Shown here in pieces: positions 19,931-30,617 of a stretch of DNA of 64,000 nt. Positions within the stretch are counted from its first letter, which is position 1. Each line of letters opens with the position of its first letter. The position numbers and the translations under genes were made by a program. Location of the stretch: assembly GCA_965224705.1 (NCBI GenBank), contig OZ245056.1:256001-320000 (forward strand). The letters are read 5' to 3'. Source of the DNA: Spirochaetaceae bacterium. Lineage in GTDB: Bacteria; Spirochaetota; Spirochaetia; DSM-2461. The notes under the pieces were generated by a model that saw only the letters and a program-made list of their open reading frames with translations, had not been told where the DNA came from and made no database searches.

Positions 19931-21025
19931 ATGAAGTCAATCGGAGACTCATTGAGAACCGCTCGTGAAGAACAGGGAATCTCGATAGACCAGGCAATAA
20001 AAGAAACTCATATCTCACGGCGATACTTAATAGCTCTGGAAGAAGAGGATTTCGATGTTTTTGCCGCCGATGCCTATCTGGTTGGTTTTCTACGTAATTA
20101 CTCTGACTATCTTGGATTGCTGACAGAAAGAATTCTGGGTCAATATAAAAACTACAAGCTGAATGAAACACCGGCACCCCTGGCAGAACTCATCGGTCCA
20201 CCCAGGGGATCAATCGCCAGGAAAGTTGTGCTGTGGGCGATCCTCATTCTTTTGCCTGTTACCGCAGGTATTTTCAGCCTGCCATATATATCAGCCTGGT
20301 TCAAAGATTTTCGCGAGCAGAGGCTGAATGAATCAGTAGAAGAAAAACCGCTGAATCAGCAGATTCGACCCACATTGCCTCTCTGGGAAGGAGAAGTTTA
20401 TCCAGGAGATACCCTGATCCTTGAAGATTCAGAAAAGGATCTAACACTCCTCCTGTCCAATGGCAAAGATCATCTTAATCTGGATGCAGGGGAAACTGGC
20501 AACTGGTCAATGCTGCCTGGTGAAGAAATATACTTCCCTGGAAATGATGGCCTCTCACAGTGGCGTGTATACCTGAAGGAATCCGGGCTTGCCGGAAATG
20601 GAGCCATTATAGAAATACAACAGCTATCAAGACTGGCCTCAGAGGATTTAATTCTGACAGAAGAATTAGTGATTACACCTCCAAGCGGAGTTGTAGAACG
20701 TCAGCGTGAACCTCGTATAATCCTGAGTGCCGGGACTCCGGTGAACTACTCCATTAGATTTGAATTTCAAAGCTTCTGTCTGCTCAGATACCAGGTGGAC
20801 AATGGTGATGCATTGGAGAATACATTCACAGATGGCGATGCAATACAACTCAATGTCAATAATGCAATAAAGGTCTGGGCATCCAATGCCGGTTCGTTCA
20901 ATACCAGGATCAATGATGAAGAGTTGAGGTTTGGACGTCGCGGTGAAGTAACGGTGGGGGTGATTCGATGGCTGTGGGACAAAGAGAACGGGATCTACAA
21001 CCTGACACTGTTTCCCCTGTACTGA
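19931..21025 (+). CDS. RodZ-like helix-turn-helix membrane protein
   Basis: IGDSLRTAREEQGIS...YLIALEEEDF...GFLRNYSDYLGL HTH, one TM helix, C-terminal SNAG. Confidence 0.8.
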   Translation: MKSIGDSLRTAREEQGISIDQAIKETHISRRYLIALEEEDFDVFAADAYLVGFLRNYSDYLGLLTERILGQYKNYKLNETPAPLAELIGPPRGSIARKVVLWAILILLPVTAGIFSLPYISAWFKDFREQRLNESVEEKPLNQQIRPTLPLWEGEVYPGDTLILEDSEKDLTLLLSNGKDHLNLDAGETGNWSMLPGEEIYFPGNDGLSQWRVYLKESGLAGNGAIIEIQQLSRLASEDLILTEELVITPPSGVVERQREPRIILSAGTPVNYSIRFEFQSFCLLRYQVDNGDALENTFTDGDAIQLNVNNAIKVWASNAGSFNTRINDEELRFGRRGEVTVGVIRWLWDKENGIYNLTLFPLY

Positions 21026-21033
21026 TCCAATCC

Positions 21034-22389
21034 TTATTCACTTATCCTGGCACTGTCATATCGAACAACGATCCAACTGCCCTTTGAACCATCAGGACGG
21101 GAAAGCCGGAACGTATACTGGTTTTTTTGTTTCAGCGGACCGGCATTGGTTGGATAGACTTTCGTATTCATTACAACAACGCTGCCGGATACATCCGTGT
21201 AGTTAACGCTGATGATTTTCCAATCCTCCAGATCGGTCAAAGGCAACAAACCGGAATCAAGTTCACCATCGATAATTCTCTGCCGATAATCGGTGAGAGC
21301 AAGTTGATGCTCTGTTGAACTCATATTTTTCCATTTGTATGAGTATTCAGGTAGATTCATCACTAAATCTTCAATGCGATAATAACGAAAAACAACATCC
21401 CAATCACCACGGGTTACGGCATCAATCAGGGTTGAGATGACTTCGGCCGGATGCAATGCGTGAATCCTGAAATTCTGTGTTGTATCGGATGAAATTCCCA
21501 TCGGGAGTGTTTCAATCCGTCTTATTGACCAATAACCATCTTTCTTATGAAGGTAAAATCTGAGATCCCGTTCAAACACCTCACCGTATGTATTGTATTC
21601 AGCCGTAAGAAATACAATGGCTTCATCTCTGTAAACCTGTGATGATTGAACTTCAAAGCTGTTCAAAGGAAGATCCAATCCGGGCAATAACCGCCACGAA
21701 CCTCGAATGAGAGATTTCTCAAGAATATCCGGGCTGGAGATTGCTGGCAGATTTCGTGTCAGTGATTCTATATCCAGGTAGATGATGGCCCGGTTGAATC
21801 TGGACATTGAATGGTTCTCTATTGTCTCCAGAACAGTACTGACAGGATCAAGATCACGGCTGATGAGGGCTCTGCGGACTGAATCATCAATCTGATCCTT
21901 CCATGTATTATCAGTTTCAGGAAGAATGTTGAGATCCAGTACTGTTTCAGCTTGAAGAGTCTTCATATTGAGTCCTCTTAATCCAGGATAGAAAAAACCC
22001 TCCAGACGATACTGCTCCGCCTGGGGAATATCCACCCAATCATTGAGAGTAACGACCATTGAAAGCTCCTGCCCCGGTGAAAGGTTAAGAACTCTGTAGG
22101 CCCCGGGATTGTTCACGGCCATAGCAAAACCTTCAGCAGGATCCATAACCTCACCAGTCAGAGTACGAAGATTGAATCCAAAGCTGTGGCGTAGATCACT
22201 GGCAAGATAAAATGATTCATCCTGGGCATTTATGACGGCTGTATTTGTGAGTGTTAATTTCAGCTCAATGGGATCGCCTGGATAATAGATGTTCTTGTCG
22301 TAATAGCGTATACTGAAGCTGACGTCCGCAGAAGCATAAAAAACTCCTGTTATGACAATGAGAAAAAATGTTATCAGTCGTTTCAACAT
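21034..22389 (-). CDS. Exported hypothetical protein
   Basis: Signal peptide MLKRLITFFLIVITGVFYA; long ORF divergent from mfd. Confidence 0.7.
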   Translation of the reverse strand: MLKRLITFFLIVITGVFYASADVSFSIRYYDKNIYYPGDPIELKLTLTNTAVINAQDESFYLASDLRHSFGFNLRTLTGEVMDPAEGFAMAVNNPGAYRVLNLSPGQELSMVVTLNDWVDIPQAEQYRLEGFFYPGLRGLNMKTLQAETVLDLNILPETDNTWKDQIDDSVRRALISRDLDPVSTVLETIENHSMSRFNRAIIYLDIESLTRNLPAISSPDILEKSLIRGSWRLLPGLDLPLNSFEVQSSQVYRDEAIVFLTAEYNTYGEVFERDLRFYLHKKDGYWSIRRIETLPMGISSDTTQNFRIHALHPAEVISTLIDAVTRGDWDVVFRYYRIEDLVMNLPEYSYKWKNMSSTEHQLALTDYRQRIIDGELDSGLLPLTDLEDWKIISVNYTDVSGSVVVMNTKVYPTNAGPLKQKNQYTFRLSRPDGSKGSWIVVRYDSARISE

Positions 22390-22443
22390 CAAGATCTTCC
22401 TTGAAAGGTCGCAGTTATTCATTTTCCTTATCGGCAGGACTCA

Positions 22444-25400
22444 ATGCTCAATGAATTCAAGTCAGCAATAAAACAGGCTCTTGATCTTGAAACGGACTGG
22501 AAATCGCTGAGAAGGGACTGGTGCGAAGGACTATTTCCAATAGAGGTAAAGGGAACTCCCGGCCCCTGGACTGCATCCCTCCTCTCAAATCTTACCTCTA
22601 TCACCAGAGGGAATCTCCTTGTCGTCGTGCCGGATGACAATGATGCCCGAACCCTGATAAATGATCTGAGTCTGTTTACCAGTTCAGGGCTATTATTTCC
22701 ATGGTGGGGAACCATGCTGTACAGGGGAGTTTCCCCCCATTCATCAATTTTCGGACAGCGGGCCACTGTTTTAGCAGAAATGGCATTGGGAGAGAAGAAC
22801 ATTTTTGTTGCCCCTCTTAGGGCTGCTCTGGGTCATGTCCCTCCGCCTTCGGTGATTCGCAGTTCTTTGATTCAAGTTAAGACAGGGAGCCCTTTTGATT
22901 CAATCAATACGGAAATGCAGCTTATTCGTTTTGGCTACAATCGAGTTCCTCGAGTGAGTGTTCCAGGAGAATTTGCTCTTCGGGGGGAGGTGCTCGACAT
23001 CTATCCTCCTGGGAACGAGGAGGCCGTCCGCATCGTGTTTGAATGGGACAGGGTAGAAGAAATCAGGCTGTTCAATCCTTTTACTCAAGTCAGATCCAAC
23101 GATCTGGATTGCATTCTTCTACATCCGCTCAAGGAAATCCTCTGGGATGAAAACAATATCAATGCCATTATACCCTACCTGCATGGAGATCAGGGCAGTT
23201 CCATTCTGGAATCCCTGGAAATCAGCGGAGTATTTCGCGGTGAAGAATTATTCTATCCTCTTTTGTTTGAACAGCCAGCCAATCTTCAGGATTACCTGGA
23301 TGACAACGGCGTTACAGTTTTTCTGGGGAATGAGCGTCTCGTCAGTACTGAAGTCAATATGCTCAGGGAGTATGAAGTACTGTACCAGGATGCTCTCGAA
23401 AGTGAACAGCTCGTACCGGAACCAGGACAGATTCTGACTTCCCTGGAAGAAATGAAGAATGCCAGAGAACGTCGAATTGAGTTTTACTCCCTTAATACAG
23501 ATGCTTCAACTTACAACCTCTCCTGTAAGCCGGGACGTTTCTTTCTTGGAGATATTGCAGCCATGAAGGAGGAATTGACATCACTCCTTGACAATGGATT
23601 CCAGATATTCATTTTTGCGGAAAGTGAATCCCAATCTCAGCGTATTTCATATCTGCTCCGTGATATTGAAGGAATTCAAGTTGGTGCAGCCGCGATTTCA
23701 GCCGGATTCATTCTCTCGGAAGCCAGAATAATTGCTATTGGGGAAAGTGAAATTTTTGGCCGCCGGAAAAATGCTCCCGCATCGGTCATTGAAACACAAA
23801 GCGAAATCATTGACACTTTTGTCGACCTTGATCCGGGAGATTTTGTTGTTCATATCAACTATGGGATCGGGCTGTTCAAAGGTATAAAGCGCATTCAATC
23901 CATGAAAACCGAGAGGGATTACATTGAATTGGAGTATGCCGATGATGAAACAGTTTTTATACCCATTGAGCAGGTCAATTACATACAGAGATACATAGCC
24001 GGTGAGAACCGTACCCCGCGGCTGGACCGTATGGGTGGAACCTCATGGAAAAGGAAAAAAAATAGAGCAAAGAAATCGGTATCTGATCTGGCAGATCGGC
24101 TTGTCAAACTCTATGCTCACCGCCAGACAGTCACTGGCTATGCCTTCCCCAAAGATGATGACTTTCAAGTGAGTTTTGAAGCATCATTCCCATGGCAGGA
24201 GACAACAGATCAATTGACTTCCATTGCAGAGGTTAAGATGGACATGGAAAAACCCGGCCCCATGGACCGGCTGATCTGTGGCGATGTTGGATACGGAAAG
24301 ACGGAAATAGCCATGCGAGCGGCTTTCAAGGCTGTTATGGGGGGACGGCAGGTGGCCTGTCTTTGTCCAACCACCATACTTGCTGAGCAGCATTTCGAGA
24401 GTTTCCTGGAACGGTACAAACGGTTTCCTGTAAGGATTGCCATGTTGAGCCGTCTGGTCCCTCCGGTAGAACAAAAAAAAATCCTGAAAGGAATAGCCGC
24501 CGGTGATATTGAGATTGTCATTGGTACTCATCGCATTCTTTCCAGAGATGTTAACTTCAAAAATATTGGTTTGATTATAGTCGATGAGGAGCAGCGATTT
24601 GGTGTTAAAGACAAGGAGCGGCTCAAGGAACTGAAGGTTTCCGTTGACTGTCTTACTCTGTCTGCGACCCCCATTCCTCGAACTCTGCACATGTCCCTGG
24701 TGAAACTTCGGGATATGTCACTCTTGAAGACAGCTCCCAGTAACCGGATTCCAATTGAAACATTCGTCCAGGCATTTGATGAGGACTTGATTGCCAATGC
24801 TATACGTCGGGAGGTGGAAAGAGGCGGGCAGGTTTTCTTCCTTCACAATCGTATTGAAAGCCTTGAACAAATGCAGATCTTCCTGAGAAAACTTGTCCCT
24901 GAAGTCTTCATTGAAATTGCCCATGGCCGCATGTCCCCCAGGAATCTGGAAAGCATCATGCACCGGTTTGTCCACGGTGCGTTCCAGGTTCTCGTATCAA
25001 CAACCATCATTGAGAACGGGATCGATATACCAAATGTCAATACAATAATCATTGATAGGGCTGATATGTATGGTATAAGTCAGCTATACCAGTTACGAGG
25101 CCGGGTGGGACGATCCGGTCGACTGGCTTATGCCTACCTTCTGTATCAAAAGAATAAAGAAATAAGTGAACTGGCAATGAAGCGGCTTCAGGTGATTAAT
25201 GATTTCACTGAGTTGGGCAGTGGATTCAAAATTGCAATGAAGGACCTGGAGGTAAGGGGTGCCGGCAATCTTCTCGGTTCAGAGCAAACGGGAGATATCT
25301 GTGCCGTTGGTTTTGACTTATACTTGAAGCTCCTGGAAGAGGCCATCCTTGAACGAACAGAATCAAAAAGTGAAGAGATCAAGCATGAGACGTACCTTGA

Positions 25401-25824
25401 ATTGGATTATTCCGGTTTCATTCCGAATACCTATATTTCCGATGACTCAGAAAAAATGGAAATCTACAAGAAAATCGCCGCAGTTTCCAATGATGATGAG
25501 CTTCAGAGGCTGCATGCCAATCTCCATGACAGATACGGTCCTCTGCCTGATGAAGTGCACAGCTTGATTTCCATAGCAGAGATACGAGTTATCTGTAGTA
25601 AACTCAAGGTGATCAGTCTCAAGGAACGCAAGGGACATGTTGCAGTCATCTTCAGCAAAGTCTCACTGATCTCAGTCGATAAAGTTATGAGACTTATGAA
25701 TTCTTCCAGAGGACGTGTCAAACTGGACCCTTCCAGACCTGATGGTCTGTTCCTGGAAACCGGGGAAGTGCACCTGAAGGAGAAATCAATGTTTATCCGT
25801 GAATACCTGGAGAAGCTGCTCTGA
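22444..25824 (+). CDS. mfd: Transcription-repair coupling factor
   Basis: UvrB-like N-terminus, CarD/RID (VVHINYGIG), GDVGYGKTE, DEEQRFG, QLRGRVGR, TRG motif. Confidence 0.98.
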   Translation: MLNEFKSAIKQALDLETDWKSLRRDWCEGLFPIEVKGTPGPWTASLLSNLTSITRGNLLVVVPDDNDARTLINDLSLFTSSGLLFPWWGTMLYRGVSPHSSIFGQRATVLAEMALGEKNIFVAPLRAALGHVPPPSVIRSSLIQVKTGSPFDSINTEMQLIRFGYNRVPRVSVPGEFALRGEVLDIYPPGNEEAVRIVFEWDRVEEIRLFNPFTQVRSNDLDCILLHPLKEILWDENNINAIIPYLHGDQGSSILESLEISGVFRGEELFYPLLFEQPANLQDYLDDNGVTVFLGNERLVSTEVNMLREYEVLYQDALESEQLVPEPGQILTSLEEMKNARERRIEFYSLNTDASTYNLSCKPGRFFLGDIAAMKEELTSLLDNGFQIFIFAESESQSQRISYLLRDIEGIQVGAAAISAGFILSEARIIAIGESEIFGRRKNAPASVIETQSEIIDTFVDLDPGDFVVHINYGIGLFKGIKRIQSMKTERDYIELEYADDETVFIPIEQVNYIQRYIAGENRTPRLDRMGGTSWKRKKNRAKKSVSDLADRLVKLYAHRQTVTGYAFPKDDDFQVSFEASFPWQETTDQLTSIAEVKMDMEKPGPMDRLICGDVGYGKTEIAMRAAFKAVMGGRQVACLCPTTILAEQHFESFLERYKRFPVRIAMLSRLVPPVEQKKILKGIAAGDIEIVIGTHRILSRDVNFKNIGLIIVDEEQRFGVKDKERLKELKVSVDCLTLSATPIPRTLHMSLVKLRDMSLLKTAPSNRIPIETFVQAFDEDLIANAIRREVERGGQVFFLHNRIESLEQMQIFLRKLVPEVFIEIAHGRMSPRNLESIMHRFVHGAFQVLVSTTIIENGIDIPNVNTIIIDRADMYGISQLYQLRGRVGRSGRLAYAYLLYQKNKEISELAMKRLQVINDFTELGSGFKIAMKDLEVRGAGNLLGSEQTGDICAVGFDLYLKLLEEAILERTESKSEEIKHETYLELDYSGFIPNTYISDDSEKMEIYKKIAAVSNDDELQRLHANLHDRYGPLPDEVHSLISIAEIRVICSKLKVISLKERKGHVAVIFSKVSLISVDKVMRLMNSSRGRVKLDPSRPDGLFLETGEVHLKEKSMFIREYLEKLL

Positions 25825-25926
25825 TTGCCCCATGATAAGGGAACCTCTCATACCGTCGTCCAGTGTTGATGCCGTGCATATCTGATTTTCTGATCCCTGA
25901 CCAGAGAAAAAGGGCAATTCGGATAC

Positions 25927-25956
25927 TTGACAAATTCCGTGAATCGACCGGATAAT
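25927..25956 (+). promoter_or_regulatory. Putative sigma-70 promoter of the xdh-like operon
   Basis: TTGACA-N18-GATAAT. Confidence 0.5.
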
Positions 25957-26062
25957 AGCTCATAAAACATGATTGGTGGTCGTTGTAGTCAGCATATCTG
26001 CAGCGGCGTCAAGGCAGTCAGACTTTCTCGCAAAGAGCCGCCGTCAAAAGGGGGTCAGTATT

Positions 26063-26944
26063 ATGCCAACCTGGCAACATTACCACATAGCACGATCAAC
26101 TGATGATGCTCTACGTGCGCTAGGAGAAGCTGTCGGCAGTACCCGGATTATTGCTGGCGGATCGGATTTCCTGCTGGACATTCAGCAGGGTCGTCATGAA
26201 GAAATACACACTCTTGTTGATGTCAATGATATACCTGATATGAGAGTTCTGGAAATTCGCGGCAATGAGCTGTTTATCGGAGCTTCTGTACCCCATAAGG
26301 TAATTACACAATCCTCCCTGGTTCGTGAACACGGGGAAGCCCTGGCTACAGCCAGCGGGCTTATAGGCGGTCCGCAAGTTAGAAACACTGCAACCATCGG
26401 CGGAAATGTCGCCCATGCACTTCCAGCCGCTGACGGAACCATAGCCCTCATGTCTCTTGATGCCAGAGCTGAGATAACATCGGACAGAGGGAAAAGACTT
26501 GTCCAGATGAAGGATCTTTTTCAAGGCCCCGGAAAGAATACGCTCAACCAGAAAACAGAGATTCTTACAGGTTTCAGCTTCTTCCTGAAGAAGAAGGGAC
26601 AGGCCTCCGCCTTTAATCGCATAATGAGGCCTCAAGGAGTTGCCATTGCCATCTTAAATCTATCAGTCTGGATTGAAAGGCAGGGAGAGACAATCACAGA
26701 TGTCCGGATAGCAATTGGTCCTTCCGGTCCAATACCACGGCGCATAATGCTTGCCGAAAACTCTCTGAAGGGAAAGCCCCTGACGGACAGTTCTATTGCA
26801 GAAGCTGGCAAGGCAGCTCTGGACGATGTGCAGGTTCGTACAAGTCGGCACAGGTCAACAAAGGAATACAGGCAAGCCATGGTTGGTGTACTTCTGAAAA
26901 AAACACTCACCGAAGCCTGGGAAAGAGCGGGAAGGTCAGTATGA
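26063..26944 (+). CDS. Xanthine dehydrogenase/CoxM-family FAD-binding subunit
   Basis: IAGGSD, QVRNTATIGGN, PAAD, RSTKEYR. Confidence 0.9.
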   Translation: MPTWQHYHIARSTDDALRALGEAVGSTRIIAGGSDFLLDIQQGRHEEIHTLVDVNDIPDMRVLEIRGNELFIGASVPHKVITQSSLVREHGEALATASGLIGGPQVRNTATIGGNVAHALPAADGTIALMSLDARAEITSDRGKRLVQMKDLFQGPGKNTLNQKTEILTGFSFFLKKKGQASAFNRIMRPQGVAIAILNLSVWIERQGETITDVRIAIGPSGPIPRRIMLAENSLKGKPLTDSSIAEAGKAALDDVQVRTSRHRSTKEYRQAMVGVLLKKTLTEAWERAGRSV

Positions 26945-29724
26945 AATTTTCAGTTAATAATAAACAATACACGATGGACGTGGTACCGGGTGAGATGCTG
27001 TCCACCCTACTCCGGGAAAGGCTGGGACTCACCGGAACCAAAATTGGCTGTAATGAAGCCGAATGTGGTGCATGCACTGTTCTTGTCGATGATGAGCCCA
27101 TCGTGTCATGCACATATCCTGCCGCAAGAGTTGAGAATAAGAAAGTTCTGACCATTGAGGGTCTTGCTGAATCGGAAGCTCACCGCCGTGAGGTCATGGG
27201 AAATCAACTCCATCCCCTGCAGGAAGCCTTTATATCCTATGGGGCCGTGCAGTGCGGTTTCTGTATTCCGGGTCAAATCATGACGGCCCAGGCACTGTTA
27301 AAGAATAATCCCAAACCGGAATCAAAGGACATTCGATATGCACTCAAGGACACTCTGTGCCGTTGTGCCGGCTATCCAACGATAGAGCGGGCCATTCTTG
27401 CCGCAGCCGAATCCCGGACAACTCATCAGCCTGTCCAACCTCCTGACTATGAGGCGTCCAGCAAGCCCCTTCACAGTGTGGGAACTATTGAACCCCGTCC
27501 CGATGCAATTGCCAAGGTCACAGGTAAGGCGATTTTTACCGACGATCTCACGTTTGACGGTATGCTGCATGCCCGTGTGAAACGGTGTGAAATCCCCCAT
27601 GGCATTCTAAAAAGTCTGGATGTCAGAGCTGCCAGGGCCCTTCCCGGAGTCGCCGCTGTTCTGACAGCGGAGGATATTCCAGGACGTCAGAATCATGGTC
27701 TGGTGGTAACGGACTGGCCCTCCATCGTTGGCATTGGAGAACGAGTCCGCTATGTTGCAGATACCGTAGCCCTTGTTGCAGCCGATACCAGGGAAATAGC
27801 AACAAAGGCCCTCAATCTGGTAAAGGCCGAGTACGAAGAACTGGAGGTCGTTGACAACCCTGTAAGGGCCAGGGATACAGAAGCCCCTCAACTCCACGAA
27901 AAGGGAAACTTGCTTAAGCACATCAAGGTTCGTAAGGGAAATGTAGAGAAGGGCCTGGAATCGGCTGATATTGTTATGGAACACACCTTCCACACACCGA
28001 CAACCGAACATGCCTTCATTGAGCCGGAGTGCAGTATTGCCGTCCCCTTGAAAAATGGCCGTATGGAGATCTATGTCGGTTCGCAGATTCCCTATGCCGA
28101 CCGGGATCAGGTAGCGGCCACTCTGAGCATGGAACCTGAGCAGGTAAGAGTCGTCGGGCAGCTTATGGGTGGTGGTTTTGGCGGCAAAGAGGATATTGCA
28201 GGTCAGATACATACGGCACTTCTGGCTCAGGCAACGGGAAAACCGGTGAAGCAGCTCTACGACCGGCATGAAAGCTTTCTGGTTCATCCGAAAAGACATG
28301 CAACACAAATTACAGTGACTGTGGGAGCCATGAAAGACGGCAAACTGTGTGCGGTGAAAACTGAACTTTATGGCGACACCGGGGCATATGCGTCTCTGGG
28401 AGAAAAGGTTATGGGCCGGGCAACCACACATTCCTCCGGCCCCTATGAAATTGGACACGTTAAGGCGGACTGCTACGCCATGTATACCAACAATCCCCCA
28501 GCCGGAGCATTCCGCGGCTTCGGGGCTTTGCAGGGGCAGTTTGCCATTGAAAACATGATGGATCGACTTGCCGTGAAACTGGATATGGATCCGGTTGAAC
28601 TGCGCCGTATAAATGCCCTGAGGGTGGGCAGTACAACAAATACGGGCCAGGTACTTCGGGATAGCGTTGGCCTGGTGGAATGTCTTGACAGGGTGGATGG
28701 CGAATTACGGCGTTTAGCTGGTGATCGGCCGTTCGAGGCTGTCAGGGTTCCTGGCCATCCTGATCTCCGCCGGGCATGGGGATTTGCAGCATCATATAAA
28801 AATACCGGTCTTGGGGGAGGGGCCCCGGACAAGGCTGGAGCCGAGGTAGAATTGCGTTCCGATGGCTCCTATCAGGTCCGCACATCTTCTGCCGAACTGG
28901 GACAGGGTTTGGTGACAGTGCTCCGTCTCATAGCGGCCGAAGAACTTAAAACCGAACCGCAGCGGGTGGATGTACTGGTAATGGATACCGATCTTACCCC
29001 TGACGGCGGGCCGACGACTGCTTCCCGGCAAAGTTATGTAACAGGCAATGCAACCCTCTATGCTGCCAGGCAGCTCAGGAAAAACATCGTGTCAGCGTTG
29101 AGCAAGGAGTTTTCCTGCTCCTCAGATGCCCTGGGTTATAGTGATGGTCACTTTGAATATGATAGCCGCCGTTTACCAATGGACAGGGCAGCAGCCGTAC
29201 TCAAAGAAGGAGGATTCGATACAACAGCCGCCTTTGAATATCATGCTCCTGAAACCAGACCTCTCGGCGAGGGCGGCGACATGCATGTCGCATTCTCCTT
29301 TGCAGCTCAAGCAATAGAGGTTGAGGTCAATACAAAAACAGGAGAGGTCAGGGTTCTTCGTGTTATTGCGGCGAACGATGTCGGCAAGGCTCTTAATCCG
29401 CTTGGACTTCAAGGGCAAATCGAAGGTGGAATCATAATGGGACTTGGTCATGCCCTCACGGAGGAATTCATTGTTGAAGACGGGATCCCATTTACCGACT
29501 ACATGGCCCGGTACCGTATCCCCAACATAACTCAGGTGCCTGAGATTATTTCATTTGTTGTGGAAGATCCGACTGGTGATGGCCCTTATGGAGCCAAAGG
29601 TGTCGGTGAAATTGTAAGCATTCCCACCATCCCTGCGATAGCGAATGCTGTTTATCGTGCGGCTGGAACAAGAATTGATACTCTGCCGATTGATCAGGAG
29701 AAGATTCAAAAAGCATTGCAGTAG
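26941..29724 (+). CDS. Xanthine dehydrogenase/aldehyde oxidoreductase-family molybdoenzyme, fused 2Fe-2S and Mo subunits
   Basis: GTKIGCNEAECGACTV, QCGFCIPG, LCRCAGY, GGGFGGK, AFRGFG, GAKGVGE. Confidence 0.92.
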   Translation: MKFSVNNKQYTMDVVPGEMLSTLLRERLGLTGTKIGCNEAECGACTVLVDDEPIVSCTYPAARVENKKVLTIEGLAESEAHRREVMGNQLHPLQEAFISYGAVQCGFCIPGQIMTAQALLKNNPKPESKDIRYALKDTLCRCAGYPTIERAILAAAESRTTHQPVQPPDYEASSKPLHSVGTIEPRPDAIAKVTGKAIFTDDLTFDGMLHARVKRCEIPHGILKSLDVRAARALPGVAAVLTAEDIPGRQNHGLVVTDWPSIVGIGERVRYVADTVALVAADTREIATKALNLVKAEYEELEVVDNPVRARDTEAPQLHEKGNLLKHIKVRKGNVEKGLESADIVMEHTFHTPTTEHAFIEPECSIAVPLKNGRMEIYVGSQIPYADRDQVAATLSMEPEQVRVVGQLMGGGFGGKEDIAGQIHTALLAQATGKPVKQLYDRHESFLVHPKRHATQITVTVGAMKDGKLCAVKTELYGDTGAYASLGEKVMGRATTHSSGPYEIGHVKADCYAMYTNNPPAGAFRGFGALQGQFAIENMMDRLAVKLDMDPVELRRINALRVGSTTNTGQVLRDSVGLVECLDRVDGELRRLAGDRPFEAVRVPGHPDLRRAWGFAASYKNTGLGGGAPDKAGAEVELRSDGSYQVRTSSAELGQGLVTVLRLIAAEELKTEPQRVDVLVMDTDLTPDGGPTTASRQSYVTGNATLYAARQLRKNIVSALSKEFSCSSDALGYSDGHFEYDSRRLPMDRAAAVLKEGGFDTTAAFEYHAPETRPLGEGGDMHVAFSFAAQAIEVEVNTKTGEVRVLRVIAANDVGKALNPLGLQGQIEGGIIMGLGHALTEEFIVEDGIPFTDYMARYRIPNITQVPEIISFVVEDPTGDGPYGAKGVGEIVSIPTIPAIANAVYRAAGTRIDTLPIDQEKIQKALQ

Positions 29725-29767
29725 GGCACACTGAAGAGATTCTTCATAAGAGTCATTCCTGAGAAGA

Positions 29768-30604
29768 CTAAACCTGTCGACCTTCACGGAGCTTTGTTTC
29801 AAACCGTTCGGCTTCTCTGCCGCTGAGGTTATGCGGCTTACCGTCCAGCATCTGTGTGAGAGCCTCAAACTCTGCATCGGAGAAATGAATGCCTCCCATA
29901 ACATGGCGGTCAAAGGACTGGAAGGCCAGAGGGCATACTGTGGAAGCAATTTCTTTCATCACATTTGCATAGGCTCGTATTTCCAGCTGGGCATGGGGAT
30001 CCATACGCAATTTGAGGAAGTGGAAAAGATTGTGAAGATCAATCTGCCAGTACCATTCTGTGTACAGGCTGAGGGGCAGAACGATTCGAGCCAACTCCCG
30101 GGCAACACCCTTTTTAAGAAGATTTTCATATTCCCTGTAGGCCGTTTCATGGGCGGCCTGAATACTCTTCTGCACATTTTCTGCGTCTTCAGGGGCCATC
30201 GGTTCATTCTGTCGGCCCTGCTTGTTATCAGTGCTCTGCTGGGCAATATCTTTGAGTTCAGGGAGGAAGAAGTCATCATTCATCACGCTGTAGCGGCCGG
30301 AAATCTCGTTGAGTCTGGCTGTGCGGTGACGAACCCACTGCCGGGCAACAAAGATGGGCATTCTGGCATGGAAGGTGAAGTTGACCTGTTCAAAGGGAGA
30401 CGTATGCCCATTGCGCAGCAGATGATCGATGAGTCCGGCATTCTGCCGAAAAGTTCTGGTCCCTTCACCATAGGAAACCCGGGCGGCATCGACAATACGC
30501 TCATCACTGCCCAGATAATCCACCAAACGGATGAAACCCCTGTCTAAAACACTATATTCCTTATCAAGAATTGCATCCGCTTCTCTCACATGGCAGTGTC
30601 CCAT
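29768..30604 (-). CDS. thyX: FAD-dependent thymidylate synthase
   Basis: AARVSY, HTSPFEQ, RQWVRHRTARLNEISGRY, RELAR, HAQLEIR. Confidence 0.97.
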   Translation of the reverse strand: MGHCHVREADAILDKEYSVLDRGFIRLVDYLGSDERIVDAARVSYGEGTRTFRQNAGLIDHLLRNGHTSPFEQVNFTFHARMPIFVARQWVRHRTARLNEISGRYSVMNDDFFLPELKDIAQQSTDNKQGRQNEPMAPEDAENVQKSIQAAHETAYREYENLLKKGVARELARIVLPLSLYTEWYWQIDLHNLFHFLKLRMDPHAQLEIRAYANVMKEIASTVCPLAFQSFDRHVMGGIHFSDAEFEALTQMLDGKPHNLSGREAERFETKLREGRQV

Positions 30605-30617
30605 AATCCCATCCTTT

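Noticed and set aside
27607..28458. 283-aa minus-strand ORF
   Set aside because: Antisense shadow of the molybdoenzyme gene
29831..30547. 238-aa + strand ORF
   Set aside because: Antisense shadow of thyX with no recognisable motifs
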